DNA of 64,000 nucleotides from an uncultured bacterium (GTDB taxonomy: Bacteria; Zixibacteria; MSB-5A5; CAIYYT01). The notes under the pieces were generated by a model, which worked only from the letters and a program-made list of their open reading frames with translations, did no database searches and had not been told where the DNA came from. Of the stretch, positions 8,933 to 19,034 are shown one piece after another. The DNA is taken from NCBI GenBank assembly GCA_963707485.1, contig CAVPQS010000046.1, positions 2,434 through 66,433 on the forward strand. The letters run 5' to 3'. Made by a program: the position numbers and the translations under genes. Positions within the stretch are counted from its first letter, which is position 1. Every line of letters begins with the position of its first letter.

Positions 8933-9427
8933 TCATTTTATACGCTGGAAGAAATAATCGACGCCGGCGTCTTTACCCTTGCGCATACCCTCGATGCGGG
9001 CGTGAAGCGAATCCTGCGCGGACCTATGGTAGATGATGCGAGTCGGAAAGTCATGGGACGGATTCTCGAATGTCGTTTTCAGCGAGTCCTGACTAACCAT
9101 TTTGAAATAAACGGGCGCCGGGTTGTGAGCAACATCGGAGATGTAAAACAGACCGGAGTCGGCAGCTTCGATGAGGAGTCTTTCTGAAATTACCGTGTCT
9201 TTACCGCTGACGGTAAAACCAAATCCGCTGAGCTTTGACGGAGTTTCACTGCTCCAATTTTCGAATACGATTTGATCGCCGAGCTTGGCTTCCCATGTGC
9301 CGATGAGCCACGAGAGACGCATCAACGCGACGGTTGCTTGTTTTGCCGAAGAATCAACTTTTGCGGTGTCTGCGACAGCAGCCGACGCCAGATTAGCGGC
9401 GGCGATGAAAAGCAGAAGTAATCTCAC
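8933..9427 (-). CDS. Secreted hypothetical protein, 164 aa.
   Basis: It has a signal peptide (MRLLLLFIAAANLASAAVA) and a WLIGTWE motif. I recognise no confident family. Confidence 0.45.
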   Translation of the reverse strand: MRLLLLFIAAANLASAAVADTAKVDSSAKQATVALMRLSWLIGTWEAKLGDQIVFENWSSETPSKLSGFGFTVSGKDTVISERLLIEAADSGLFYISDVAHNPAPVYFKMVSQDSLKTTFENPSHDFPTRIIYHRSAQDSLHARIEGMRKGKDAGVDYFFQRIK

Positions 9428-9533
9428 ACATAGCTCCTTTCCGTTGCTACAACTTTATCTTGAATATCGTACAAACTATAACAAAGCACAATCGGCAATG
9501 TGCACAAGGATGGACCATTTTATTGGAGGACTG

Positions 9534-10319
9534 ATGAAGACGCTACTTTCGACAATCTGTTTACTGTGTATTTGGGCGATCCCGGTATTTCCCGCGATCA
9601 AGACCGAAGTTGTTGAATACAAGCATGGCGACGCGGCGCTGGAGGGATATCTCGCATACGACGACGCAGTCAAGGGACCAAGGCCGGGCGTATTGGTGAT
9701 TCATCAATGGATGGGGCTAACCGACAACGAAAAGATGCGCGCGACTATGCTCGCAGAATTGGGATATGTCGCATTTGCGGTTGATGTCTATGGAAAGGGA
9801 ATTCGGCCGAAAGACGGCGACGTTGCAGGCGCCGAGGCGGGAAAGTACCGCGAAGACCCGACGCTGTTTCGCGAGCGACTCAATGCCGGACTGCAGACTC
9901 TGCTGAAAAATTCAAATGTCGATGCCAAGCGAGTTGCGGCGATCGGGTACTGCTTTGGCGGCGGCGGAGCATTGGAATTGGCGCGCAGCGGCGCGAATAT
10001 TGCGGGAGTCGTATCGTTCCACGGAAGTCTCACGACCACGATGCCGGCGGCAGCCGGACAAGTGAGGGCAAAAGTGCTGGTCGCGCACGGTGCGGATGAT
10101 CCGTTCGTACCGATGAAAGATGTTGAGGGCTTTCTTGATGAGATGCGAGCGGCCGGAGCAGACTACCAATTTATCGCCTATAGCGGAGCCGTTCACGCCT
10201 TTACCCAGAACGAAGCCGGCAACGACAATTCGAAAGGCGCGGCGTACAATGAAAAAGCCGACAAACGATCCTGGCAGGCGATGAAGGACTTCTTTGCGGA
10301 GATTTTCCAGACGAAGTGA
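9534..10319 (+). CDS. Dienelactone hydrolase family protein, secreted.
   Basis: A GGAGGA Shine-Dalgarno-like motif lies 4 nt upstream of ATG 9534. There is a signal peptide (MKTLLSTICLLCIWAIPVFPA). The alpha/beta-hydrolase DLH fold is supported by the IGYCFGGGGALELA nucleophile-elbow region and the HGADDPFVP/VHAF motifs. The longer ORF-track start at 9285 overlaps the upstream minus-strand gene and has no SD. Confidence 0.8.
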   Translation: MKTLLSTICLLCIWAIPVFPAIKTEVVEYKHGDAALEGYLAYDDAVKGPRPGVLVIHQWMGLTDNEKMRATMLAELGYVAFAVDVYGKGIRPKDGDVAGAEAGKYREDPTLFRERLNAGLQTLLKNSNVDAKRVAAIGYCFGGGGALELARSGANIAGVVSFHGSLTTTMPAAAGQVRAKVLVAHGADDPFVPMKDVEGFLDEMRAAGADYQFIAYSGAVHAFTQNEAGNDNSKGAAYNEKADKRSWQAMKDFFAEIFQTK

Positions 10320-10426
10320 GTTATTCCTCGGCAATGCATTGGCGGTAATTGACAAATTGCAAAAATCGACTATCTTTGTAGCTGATACTTGCCAGATGAG
10401 CGATCTTTGCCGATTCAACAATTAGA

Positions 10427-12445
10427 ATGAGGATCGATATCCGCGCGATCTCCAGAATTGTCCTAATTATTGCCCTGCTGCTTCCCCTGCAAGCACGGGG
10501 ACAATACAGCAAGGAAGTAAATCCATTTCCGGTAATTGCCGGCGGTGATACACTTGGCTATCCGTTTTGGGGCGGCATTAATAATCCCAAGCCGTCGCTT
10601 GTTGATTTCGACGGAGATTCCCTTTTTGATCTTTTTATAGGCGAAAGCTCGGGCAAACTGAATTTCCTGCGAAATACAGGCACACCGAATATGCCGATCT
10701 GGACGCCGGTCACTGAGCGATTTGCCGGGCTCGATATTGGAACGTGGCATCGGTTGGTTGATATTGACGGCGACGGCGACCTTGATGTCCTGTGCGACAA
10801 CATCAGCAACGGCGCGGCGTTCTACCGCAACCAGAGCGTCGGGAGCAACATCGTTTTCGTAGAAGCGGACTCGGCATTTGGCGGCATCACGACCGGGGTC
10901 AACAATACGCCGGCGTTGACGGACATCGACAATGACGGCGATTTGGACTTTTTCGTAGGTGATCCGGGCGGGCAATTAGTGTTTTATCGCAATGTCGGAA
11001 ACAGTGCGATTCCTTCGTTTTCGCTGATCTCGGCGTTCTACGACAGTATACTGGCATTTCCCGGCGGCGGATTCGGTAAAGTTGCGGGACCGCAACATGG
11101 ATTCAGCGCGATCAACTTTGCGGATATCGATGCTGACGGCGACCGTGACCTCGTGTGGGGCGATCTCTTCAACACGAATCTGTATCTGTTCGCAAATCTT
11201 GGCACGCCAACGACGTCAGACTTTACCTACCAGACAGACACTTATTTGTCGCCATCCTACTCGACGCTGGGATTCAACCACACGCCACTTGCGGACGTTG
11301 ACGATGACGGCGATCTCGACATGATTTTGGCACCGGCCAATGGTGAATTTGTCGACAATCTCAAATTTTTGCGCAACACAGGAACGGCCGCGGCGGCGAA
11401 CTTCGTGCTTGAGCAGCAAAACCTGATTGATGAAATCGACGTCGGGCGCAGCGCGTTTCCGGACTTGGTGGATATCGACGGCGACGGCGATTTGGATTTC
11501 TTTGTCGGCGGCGGCGACGGTCAGATAGCCTTTTACCAAAACACCGGATCGCGATCGCAGGCGGTGTTCAGCCGGGTAACGACGGCATTTGGAAGCATCG
11601 ACGTGGGATCTACGTCTATGCCGGCATTCGTCGATTGGGATTCGGACGGTGATAACGATCTGTTAATCGGAAACGAGAACGGATTTATTCAGCACTGGCG
11701 GAATGACGGCAACGAATGTGCGCCGGCGTTTGTACTGGTTACAAACCAGTTTGCAGGGATCAAAGTTGATCAACTTGCGGTGCCGGCGCCGGTCGATTTG
11801 GACAAAGATGGGCTGATCGACCTCATCGTCGGCGAATGGGATTTCAACGGCTCGGCGAATGTTCTGCTCTACGAAAACACCGGAAGCGTTGGGAGCCCGG
11901 TTTTGACTTTGGTCACGAAGTCTCTGATTAAGAAGCAGGCGCGCGATTTCACGATTCCGGCCGCAGTCGACTGGGACGAAGACGGCAAGACAGACTTGGT
12001 GATCGGCAATCGGCTGCTTGGTTTGACGTTATATCGGAACACTGCGGCATCCGGAACTTTTCCAGATTCGTTGACACTGTTGCCCCAAGCTGACAATATT
12101 CCGGGACGTGACGTCGGCTCGCGGGCTGCGCTCACCCGGGGCGATATTGATTCGGATGGCGATTTGGATATCATGGTCGGTGAAGAGGACGGCGGCGTGA
12201 ATTTCTTCCGCAAGGAAGGCGGAGCAATTTATCGACCAGGCGACCCGGACGGAACTGGTATCATCACGATTTCTGACGCGGTGTTCTTGATCAATTTCAT
12301 CTTTGCGGGCGGATTGGCGCCTGCGCCGCTACTTAACGGGGACGCCGACTGCACGGGAATTATTACGATTTCCGATGCGGTGTTCTTGATCAACTACATT
12401 TTTGCCGGCGGTCCGACACCGTGTGCCGCTTGCAGCGGCAGGTGA
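10427..12445 (+). CDS. Secreted FG-GAP/VCBS-repeat protein with two C-terminal dockerin-like repeats.
   Basis: It has a signal peptide (LLLPLQARGQ). It carries at least 8 repeats of D-x-D-G-D-G-D-L-D/F-F-V-G calcium-binding FG-GAP-like motifs. At the C-terminus there is a 120-bp direct DNA duplication (about 12253-12312 and 12358-12417). Both copies encode GIITISDAVFLIN(F/Y)IFAGG, which looks dockerin type-I-like. Confidence 0.75.
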   Translation: MRIDIRAISRIVLIIALLLPLQARGQYSKEVNPFPVIAGGDTLGYPFWGGINNPKPSLVDFDGDSLFDLFIGESSGKLNFLRNTGTPNMPIWTPVTERFAGLDIGTWHRLVDIDGDGDLDVLCDNISNGAAFYRNQSVGSNIVFVEADSAFGGITTGVNNTPALTDIDNDGDLDFFVGDPGGQLVFYRNVGNSAIPSFSLISAFYDSILAFPGGGFGKVAGPQHGFSAINFADIDADGDRDLVWGDLFNTNLYLFANLGTPTTSDFTYQTDTYLSPSYSTLGFNHTPLADVDDDGDLDMILAPANGEFVDNLKFLRNTGTAAAANFVLEQQNLIDEIDVGRSAFPDLVDIDGDGDLDFFVGGGDGQIAFYQNTGSRSQAVFSRVTTAFGSIDVGSTSMPAFVDWDSDGDNDLLIGNENGFIQHWRNDGNECAPAFVLVTNQFAGIKVDQLAVPAPVDLDKDGLIDLIVGEWDFNGSANVLLYENTGSVGSPVLTLVTKSLIKKQARDFTIPAAVDWDEDGKTDLVIGNRLLGLTLYRNTAASGTFPDSLTLLPQADNIPGRDVGSRAALTRGDIDSDGDLDIMVGEEDGGVNFFRKEGGAIYRPGDPDGTGIITISDAVFLINFIFAGGLAPAPLLNGDADCTGIITISDAVFLINYIFAGGPTPCAACSGR

Positions 12446-12508
12446 CAATTCGCCCGTCGATGCGTATCAATTCTAATGAACAAAATTCAAATCAGGAGAT
12501 AATAGGAA

Positions 12509-13615
12509 ATGAGACGGTTGATACAAACCGCGATCATTTTGATGATTATGCTGGCAATTACCGGCTGCGGGGACAAGGGAAACGACACACAGGATCCGGT
12601 GCTCGGACCGGCCGGCAAACTTTATGTATTGAATCAGGCAGATGCGACAATCTACATTTACGACACGGCCACCATGGAGAAGATCAAGACCGTCGATACG
12701 CATATCGCGAAACCGCATTACATCGTTTTTACTCCTGACAAGCAATACTACTATGTAATGACCGTCGATCTTTCGAGCAAAATTGCGAAGTTCAATGCAG
12801 CGACGGACGAGTTTATAACCGATTTCGATTTGACTGCCGCGGCGCAAGCCGCATTCACCGATCAGCGCGGCGTTATTCCATCCGCGATGTGTATCACGAC
12901 GGACGGCCAATACGGGTATATCTGCGATTACACAGCCGGAACTGAGCGGGGGCACATCTATAAAGTCAATCTGAGCACCATGGCTGTCGAGAAGAGACTG
13001 CAGTCGGGCGCGCAGACCCATGAGCTTGTGGGCACGGTCGACGGTAAAGTAATCGTTGCCTGCAATCTCGGTTCGGAAGACATCACGTTGATCTATACAG
13101 ACGCCGACACGGTGACTCTTGTGCCGATCGATCCAAATCCAGAGTTTGATCCATCGAGCCACCACTATGGGCCCTACTGTGTCGCAGTCGACCACCACTT
13201 GCAGAAGGCATATATTTCCTGCTTATATGCGCACCAGGTGCGGATACTTGATATTTATTCGCGCCAAATAATCGACTCGATTGATATTCCGATTACGCAG
13301 GGCATTTCGGTTTCCGGACCGGCGATGATTCATCATGCGCACAATGGGAACTACTTGTTCTTGACGACAAAGTGGGGCAACACTGTCGTTATCGTTGACC
13401 TGCAAACGCGGACGGTTGCCGCAGAGATTCCGATTGGGGCGGGACATCCGTTCGGGGTTGCCATGTCGGATGATGACAGGCGGATTTATGTAGCGGCGTC
13501 GGGGCAGCCACCCAAACACGGTTATATGTACGAGATTGATGTTGCGAGCCTCAAGATAGTCGACTCGATCGAGGTCGGGCTTGATTCGTGGGGAATCGGC
13601 TGGAAAGCGGATTAG
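12509..13615 (+). CDS. YVTN-family beta-propeller repeat lipoprotein, YncE-like.
   Basis: It has a lipoprotein signal (MLAITGCG). The fold is suggested by repeated propeller blades of the form KLYVLNQADATIYIYD / YYYVMTVD / YICDY / KVIVACNLGSEDITLI / YISCLYAHQVRILD / YLFLTTKWGNTVVIVD / RIYVAASG. Confidence 0.7.
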   Translation: MRRLIQTAIILMIMLAITGCGDKGNDTQDPVLGPAGKLYVLNQADATIYIYDTATMEKIKTVDTHIAKPHYIVFTPDKQYYYVMTVDLSSKIAKFNAATDEFITDFDLTAAAQAAFTDQRGVIPSAMCITTDGQYGYICDYTAGTERGHIYKVNLSTMAVEKRLQSGAQTHELVGTVDGKVIVACNLGSEDITLIYTDADTVTLVPIDPNPEFDPSSHHYGPYCVAVDHHLQKAYISCLYAHQVRILDIYSRQIIDSIDIPITQGISVSGPAMIHHAHNGNYLFLTTKWGNTVVIVDLQTRTVAAEIPIGAGHPFGVAMSDDDRRIYVAASGQPPKHGYMYEIDVASLKIVDSIEVGLDSWGIGWKAD

Positions 13616-13660
13616 TTTTGCCGCCAGTTTTTGCGTCGGCGGCAAAGAGTCGGGCGGAGA

Positions 13661-15832
13661 TTAGTTCCTCGATGTTCGGGCCGAGTCAATCATAGTGCGC
13701 ATCTGGTCAATTCCCGGGAAAGTCAAATCGATTGCCGCCGCGGTATCAAGGTAGCTTTGTGCCCGCACGAGATCATTGGTTTGATAATAGAGCGAAGCAA
13801 GATTGAAATAGACGGCGGGGTTACCGGGCTGTCGCATGCGCACGTACTCAAACTCGCGCTTCGCCTCGTCGATGCGCTGCTGCCGCGCGTAAATTTGTCC
13901 GAGATTCGAGCGGGCGCCGACTGAGCTGGGCACATATTGGAGATAGCGCAAGAATTCCTGCTCGGCTTCCTGGCGCATGTCGGCATTGAGGTAGCTTTCA
14001 CCTTTACGGAAAATCGATTCGAAGTCGGTAGAATCGGCCTGAAACGAGCGTTCGTAGATGTCGGCCGCCTGCGTGTATTCTTTGAGCATAATGTGTAGGT
14101 AGGCATACTCTTGATAGGCCCAGTTTGCCTTCGGATAATCGCGAATGACTTGCACGAGGAGGCGGTTTAGCTCGCCGACCTTTTGGCGCCGCCGCAGCAG
14201 AGCGGCAATACCACGCAGCGGGCGATCATCGGCGGGGTCGAGTCCGACGGCACGATTATAGTAGAGCGTTGCCAAAGAGTCATTCCCCTGACGGCCATAG
14301 ATTCCCGCCAGACTACTGTAAGGCCGCGCCGAGCGCGGTTCCAGCTTAATCGCATTTTCGTACTCCACACGGGCCTCATCAATTCGATTTGCGGTCAGGA
14401 GAGCGTTCGCCTCGAACATTTTTCCTTCAAACTTCGAATCGATGCGCGGCGAAAAACCAGGGATGTGCGAAACACCATTCACGACAATAATGGCAACTCC
14501 GACGATGATTAGTGAACGATAGAATGAGCGGAAGTTCTGCTGCTGATAGTAGGCGATTAGTCCCCAGAATCCGGCTGCAGCCCACATAATGACAACCGGC
14601 ATAAATAGGCTGCGCTGGAAGGCAAAAGGATTGAGAGCAAGCGCCGCCAGCGCCAGACCGACAACAGACAAGCTAAGTAATTTCTGGTTGCGACCGCGGG
14701 TTGGCGCCGTTAATGGCGCCAACAATGCGAGCGGCAGAATCAAGCCAAACGGGAACGAAAGGAAATTATCCCAAAGCAACAGGCTGAGCGGAACACAGCG
14801 CGAAGCCAGATCGTACAGCGGTCGATCGGTAGAGATTTCGTAGCCACCAATGAGGTAAGTCAGTTTGCGAAACTCGAGGCCCAACCAATCGAGCGGGTGG
14901 TTTAGAATATATTTAGCGGCGTGTCCAAACCAAAAGGGACCCATCTCAACAGCGGGCAATTCGCGAGCACGGGTGCGGTCGCCGGCGTTAATTGCGTTGA
15001 CATAGCTTTGACCCTGTTCAGGAACGGAATTCGGCAGCGCGAACGACCGGCCATCAGCGCCAGCGTGGTTTGCGATTGCGAGTCGGACGCCGATGTCGGT
15101 GAGGTACGGCAGTTTCTCGCCGCCAAGTGAGTTGTTTCGAAGCGCGAATGGCACGGTCATTAGCAAAGTAGCTGCCACGAAAATGGCGGCTGAAGTCAGT
15201 TGCGCGCCCCGTTTTGAATTCGATGACTGATAGACCCAATATCCAAAAACCGGAACCAAGATGAGAGTCTCAGGAGTTGCAGCACCGGCCAGCGCCAGGG
15301 TAATGCCTGCGCCAACGAGCAGTAGCCGGCGGTGGTTTGATTCATATTTTAAGAGTTGGTAGAGTGTTATGAGGAGGAGGAAAACCGTCAAGGCGACCGG
15401 CAGGAGTTCGGCATCAAAGAATATTAACGTGCCATAGAGCGCCGTAACAATGCCGGCGGTAGTCGCAATTTTGCGGGAGTAGAATTCCGACGCAATGAGA
15501 AAGACCAAGGCAGGTGAAAGCGAGCCGAGAACGCACTGTATCGCCAAAGTCTTGAACAGTGAGCTGCTGGCGAGGCTATAGAGTTGCGCCAGAAACAGAG
15601 AATACAGCGGAGCTTTGAATACCGCTTCGTGCCCAAGAGGTTGACCCTGTACCATCGCCGTGGCGATGCTGTGAAAGTGAATCAAGTCAAACGTGAGGTA
15701 TCCAAAGGACGGCAAATCTGAGAGCGCGTTGAGATAAACGAGACGGGCGATCAAGGCAAGGGCAAAGATGATTACCGAGCCAACGACTCGATTTCCCGTA
15801 CTGAATATTGACTCGCGTGGTAGTTTTGCCAT
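13661..15832 (-). CDS. Membrane glycosyltransferase-like protein (GT39/ArnT/PMT-like polytopic N-terminal domain) fused to C-terminal TPR repeats.
   Basis: About 11 predicted TM helices sit in the N-terminal 450 aa. The C-terminal 250 aa carries TPR-like repeats (AYQEYAYLHIMLKEYTQAADIYERS ... NLGQIYARQQRIDEA). Confidence 0.65.
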   Translation of the reverse strand: MAKLPRESIFSTGNRVVGSVIIFALALIARLVYLNALSDLPSFGYLTFDLIHFHSIATAMVQGQPLGHEAVFKAPLYSLFLAQLYSLASSSLFKTLAIQCVLGSLSPALVFLIASEFYSRKIATTAGIVTALYGTLIFFDAELLPVALTVFLLLITLYQLLKYESNHRRLLLVGAGITLALAGAATPETLILVPVFGYWVYQSSNSKRGAQLTSAAIFVAATLLMTVPFALRNNSLGGEKLPYLTDIGVRLAIANHAGADGRSFALPNSVPEQGQSYVNAINAGDRTRARELPAVEMGPFWFGHAAKYILNHPLDWLGLEFRKLTYLIGGYEISTDRPLYDLASRCVPLSLLLWDNFLSFPFGLILPLALLAPLTAPTRGRNQKLLSLSVVGLALAALALNPFAFQRSLFMPVVIMWAAAGFWGLIAYYQQQNFRSFYRSLIIVGVAIIVVNGVSHIPGFSPRIDSKFEGKMFEANALLTANRIDEARVEYENAIKLEPRSARPYSSLAGIYGRQGNDSLATLYYNRAVGLDPADDRPLRGIAALLRRRQKVGELNRLLVQVIRDYPKANWAYQEYAYLHIMLKEYTQAADIYERSFQADSTDFESIFRKGESYLNADMRQEAEQEFLRYLQYVPSSVGARSNLGQIYARQQRIDEAKREFEYVRMRQPGNPAVYFNLASLYYQTNDLVRAQSYLDTAAAIDLTFPGIDQMRTMIDSARTSRN

Positions 15833-15950
15833 CAGGACGAATAATATTCAAAATTCACGGGGCGATCAAGCTGAATCCAAACAAATCATCGACCCGATTA
15901 TGTGAGGATTAGCGCTTTTCGAAGACTCCGATTCGAGCTATCTTGGGGCT

Positions 15951-17117
15951 ATGAAGTTGTCTTGTTATGCACATGTGCCCTTTTGTGCGCGAATTTGCAC
16001 CTACTGTGATTTCTACCGGATCGTACACGATGCCGAGTGGGAGAGCCGCTACATTGACGCAATTTGCACCGAGATCGATCTTCGATTTGCCGCGTTGGCC
16101 GCGACGCTGCCGGATAATTGCAGGACGATTGAGTTGGAGACTCTGTACTTCGGCGGCGGGACTCCGACTGTGCTTTCGGAGGTGTCGTGGCGCAAAATCG
16201 TCGGGCGCTTGAGGCAGTATTCCGAATTTTCCGGCAACATCGAATTTACCAGCGAGGCAAATCCGGAATCATCCAAGGCAGACAAAATCGGGCTATTGCG
16301 CGAACTCGGAGCCAATCGGATATCGTTTGGCGCCCAATCGTTTGACTCAGCTAATCTCAATCGCCTCGGTCGACTGCACAATGCGGAGCAAGTCGGCGAA
16401 GCGATCGGGACTGCACGGGCCGCCGGATTCGAGAATGTTTCGCTTGATTTGATGTATGGACTTCCGGACGAGACGGATGAAACTTTCGACAACGATCTCA
16501 GGCAAGCAGTTGCACTTGCGCCACGACACATATCGTTCTACGCGCTGATGCTTGAAGGGGCCGTGCCACTAAGATACCAGGTGCAGCGAAAGGAAGTGAC
16601 AGTTCCGGAGGACGATGTTGTTTCCGAACGTTATATGCGGGGAGTCAAGTTCCTGGCGGAGTCCGGTTACGGACATTACGAAATTTCGAACTATGCCCTG
16701 CCGGGTTACGAGTGTCGACATAATCTCGCCTACTGGCGGCATCGGAACTATATTGCCTTTGGACCTGCCGCCGTAGGGACAATCGAGAGTGTAAGGTATA
16801 AGAACGAATCGGACATATATCGTTACGTCAAGCATCTGGCTCAGCGCGAACTGCCGATTGCGGACTTGGAAGAGATAACACCCGGAAAGAAACTCATTGA
16901 GACGATAATGTTATCATTGCGCCTGGCGGATGGATTGGATCTTACGGCGTTGAAGGCCAATTTCCAATATGACTTACTGACCGCCCGAGGCGGATTGTTG
17001 ACCAGATTGGAAAGCGGAGGCGACATTAGTGTTGACAGCGCGAATTTGCGCCTGACGACAAAAGGAATGTTTCGCTCCGACCTGATTGCTTCGGCGTTGC
17101 TGCCCGATTTTATTTAG
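15951..17117 (+). CDS. hemW: Radical SAM family heme chaperone HemW, an oxygen-independent coproporphyrinogen-III oxidase-like protein.
   Basis: It has the CARICTYCDF CxxxCxxC radical SAM motif close to the N-terminus. Length is 388 aa, and the C-terminal region is HemN_C-like. Confidence 0.8.
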   Translation: MKLSCYAHVPFCARICTYCDFYRIVHDAEWESRYIDAICTEIDLRFAALAATLPDNCRTIELETLYFGGGTPTVLSEVSWRKIVGRLRQYSEFSGNIEFTSEANPESSKADKIGLLRELGANRISFGAQSFDSANLNRLGRLHNAEQVGEAIGTARAAGFENVSLDLMYGLPDETDETFDNDLRQAVALAPRHISFYALMLEGAVPLRYQVQRKEVTVPEDDVVSERYMRGVKFLAESGYGHYEISNYALPGYECRHNLAYWRHRNYIAFGPAAVGTIESVRYKNESDIYRYVKHLAQRELPIADLEEITPGKKLIETIMLSLRLADGLDLTALKANFQYDLLTARGGLLTRLESGGDISVDSANLRLTTKGMFRSDLIASALLPDFI

Positions 17118-17205
17118 TTTCGACTTCGCCAAAACACTACAAACTCGCTCCTGATTTCGCATTACTAACATGGAGTCAAATTTAGTCGATGTTTGTGCTT
17201 CAACA

Positions 17206-17234
17206 GGCTTGACAGAAAATGCGAGGGACCTTAT
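17206..17234 (+). promoter_or_regulatory. Sigma70-like promoter (TTGACA-N17-TATCAT) upstream of the PAS/LuxR regulator gene.
   Basis: TTGACA at 17206-17211 and TATCAT at 17229-17234 are separated by 17 nt. This element lies inside the longest ORF call (17219..), so it argues for the downstream start at 17369. Confidence 0.3.
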
Positions 17235-17368
17235 CATATAGGGTCGTCAAAAAGACGTGGGCACAAATTCGAGGCTTCTCTGCGTTACGCAGTACTTGGA
17301 CGGGTCTGGATTGGCCAGGGGAAGTATGTCGGAGGATTTGTAAGTGCAGGATCTTCGAAGCGATTCAC

Positions 17369-19018
17369 ATGACAGATAGCGATCACGATAAAGGGACGTT
17401 GGGCTTATCATCTGAACAATTAGACCGTATTGCCGAAGCGACAATGGACTGGATCGCCGTCATCGATTTCGAAGGGCGGTTGCGCTATTTCAATCCGACG
17501 ATTCGCGATCAGATCAAAGACATTAAGGTGGGCCAGAAGATTGGCGAAATTGTCGTGGCAAAGGACCGGGCTGTCTGGGAGCAGTCGATTGCGAAATCAA
17601 GCGACGGTCAGATTGCGCCGCTCGAATTGGGGATTCACTGCGACGGTTCCGTCCGCCACTTCGCGTTGCGGATTGTGCCGTTCCGTTCTGAGAGCGAATT
17701 ACGAGAAATACTTGTAGTGGGATTTGATATTACAGCAGAGAGGGCTGCCGAAGATGAATTGCGGCATCGCGAAACTCTACTTCAACAGGCGGAGCAACTT
17801 GGCGGGTTGGCGAGTTGGTCGTGGGACATCAAGAGCGATGTTGGGTATTGGTCCGATAATATGTACCGGATTGCCGGCTATGCGCCGCAGAGTTTCACGC
17901 CGAAGTATGAGATGTTCATGGAGATGGTGCATCCCGTTGATCGTGCGGAACTGATAGCAACGACGGAGGCAATTTATCGGCGCGACATCGAAGCACTGAC
18001 GCGTCCCTTCGAGCATGAATTTCGTCTGCTGTGCCCCGCGGGAAAGATTGTTCACGTCTTGGGCCGGGGTGAGGTCAAGTGCAATGAAGACGGCGAACCG
18101 ATTCAAACGAACGGGACGCTGTTGGACATAACAGAGCGTCGCTATTCGGAAGAGAGCTTGCGCGACAGCGAGCGGAAGTTGATTGAGGCACAGCAACTCG
18201 GTAAGATCGGCAGTTGGGAGCTGAATCTGGAGACGCGGATACTGAACTGGTCGGAGGAGTTGTACCGAATTGCCGGAATAGAGCCAAATTCGGTTCCGGC
18301 AACGGAGGAGGAATTTGATCGGTTGTTTGGCGCTACGGAAGAATCTCTGCTGAGCCAACTTCTTGAAGTAGTCCAATCGACTCGAACGGGAAATCAGATC
18401 TACGAGTTGTCGCGCGAGGCAAACCTGATCCGTTGCGACGGGAGTGAGCGATTTGTTTTCGAACGCGGGCGCGTGGTGTTTGACGCAAACCATCGGGCGC
18501 TGCGAATTCAGGGCATTATCCAGGACGTAACGGAAATCAAACAGATGGAGATTGCATTGCGCCTGGCGAATGACCGCCTGATGTTGGACCGCGAGTTGCT
18601 GGAGAACAAAAATACCACACTAAGGGAAGTGCTCGGACAGATCAAGGAAGAAAGAGATGCAATCGGGCAGCAGATCAGCCAGAATGTTGAACGCCTGGTC
18701 CGTCCCGCTCTGGCCAAAATACGGTCGAACATGGGCGAACACGGCCGGTCGCAGTTGGATGCGCTTGAGACGACGATTATGGAGATTACTTCCCCGTTTA
18801 TCAGCGAGATCGAGCGGCGGTTCGTCAATTTGACGCCGCGCGAGATGGAAATATGTCATCATATCCGGGCCGGATTACGCTCCAAAGAGATTGCGGACCT
18901 GTTGACGATATCCGTCCAGACGGTTGAGAAATTCAGGCAGAAAATTCGCAAGAAGCTGGGAATCGAAGGAACGACGGCAAATCTATCGAGCTACCTTCGG
19001 TCAATAAAGCCCAAGTGA
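17369..19018 (+). CDS. Multi-PAS domain transcriptional regulator with a C-terminal LuxR-type helix-turn-helix.
   Basis: There are three PAS-like modules (for example WSWDIKSDVGYWSDNMYRIAGY and WELNLETRILNWSEELYRIAGI). The C-terminal LuxR/GerE HTH is LTPREMEICHHIRAGLRSKEIADLLTISVQTVEKFRQKIRKKLG. The start could instead be at 17219. Confidence 0.75.
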   Translation: MTDSDHDKGTLGLSSEQLDRIAEATMDWIAVIDFEGRLRYFNPTIRDQIKDIKVGQKIGEIVVAKDRAVWEQSIAKSSDGQIAPLELGIHCDGSVRHFALRIVPFRSESELREILVVGFDITAERAAEDELRHRETLLQQAEQLGGLASWSWDIKSDVGYWSDNMYRIAGYAPQSFTPKYEMFMEMVHPVDRAELIATTEAIYRRDIEALTRPFEHEFRLLCPAGKIVHVLGRGEVKCNEDGEPIQTNGTLLDITERRYSEESLRDSERKLIEAQQLGKIGSWELNLETRILNWSEELYRIAGIEPNSVPATEEEFDRLFGATEESLLSQLLEVVQSTRTGNQIYELSREANLIRCDGSERFVFERGRVVFDANHRALRIQGIIQDVTEIKQMEIALRLANDRLMLDRELLENKNTTLREVLGQIKEERDAIGQQISQNVERLVRPALAKIRSNMGEHGRSQLDALETTIMEITSPFISEIERRFVNLTPREMEICHHIRAGLRSKEIADLLTISVQTVEKFRQKIRKKLGIEGTTANLSSYLRSIKPK

Positions 19019-19034
19019 TTTGACTCAACGATTG

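Noticed and set aside
9285-9533. The long 5' extension of the dienelactone hydrolase ORF.
   Set aside because: It overlaps the convergent upstream gene (8933..9427) and lacks an SD. ATG 9534 has a GGAGGA SD and yields a proper signal peptide.
17219-17368. The extended N-terminus of the PAS/LuxR regulator starting at ATG 17219.
   Set aside because: A consensus-like TTGACA/TATCAT promoter overlaps this ATG, and the encoded 50 aa are not protein-like. I prefer the start at 17369.
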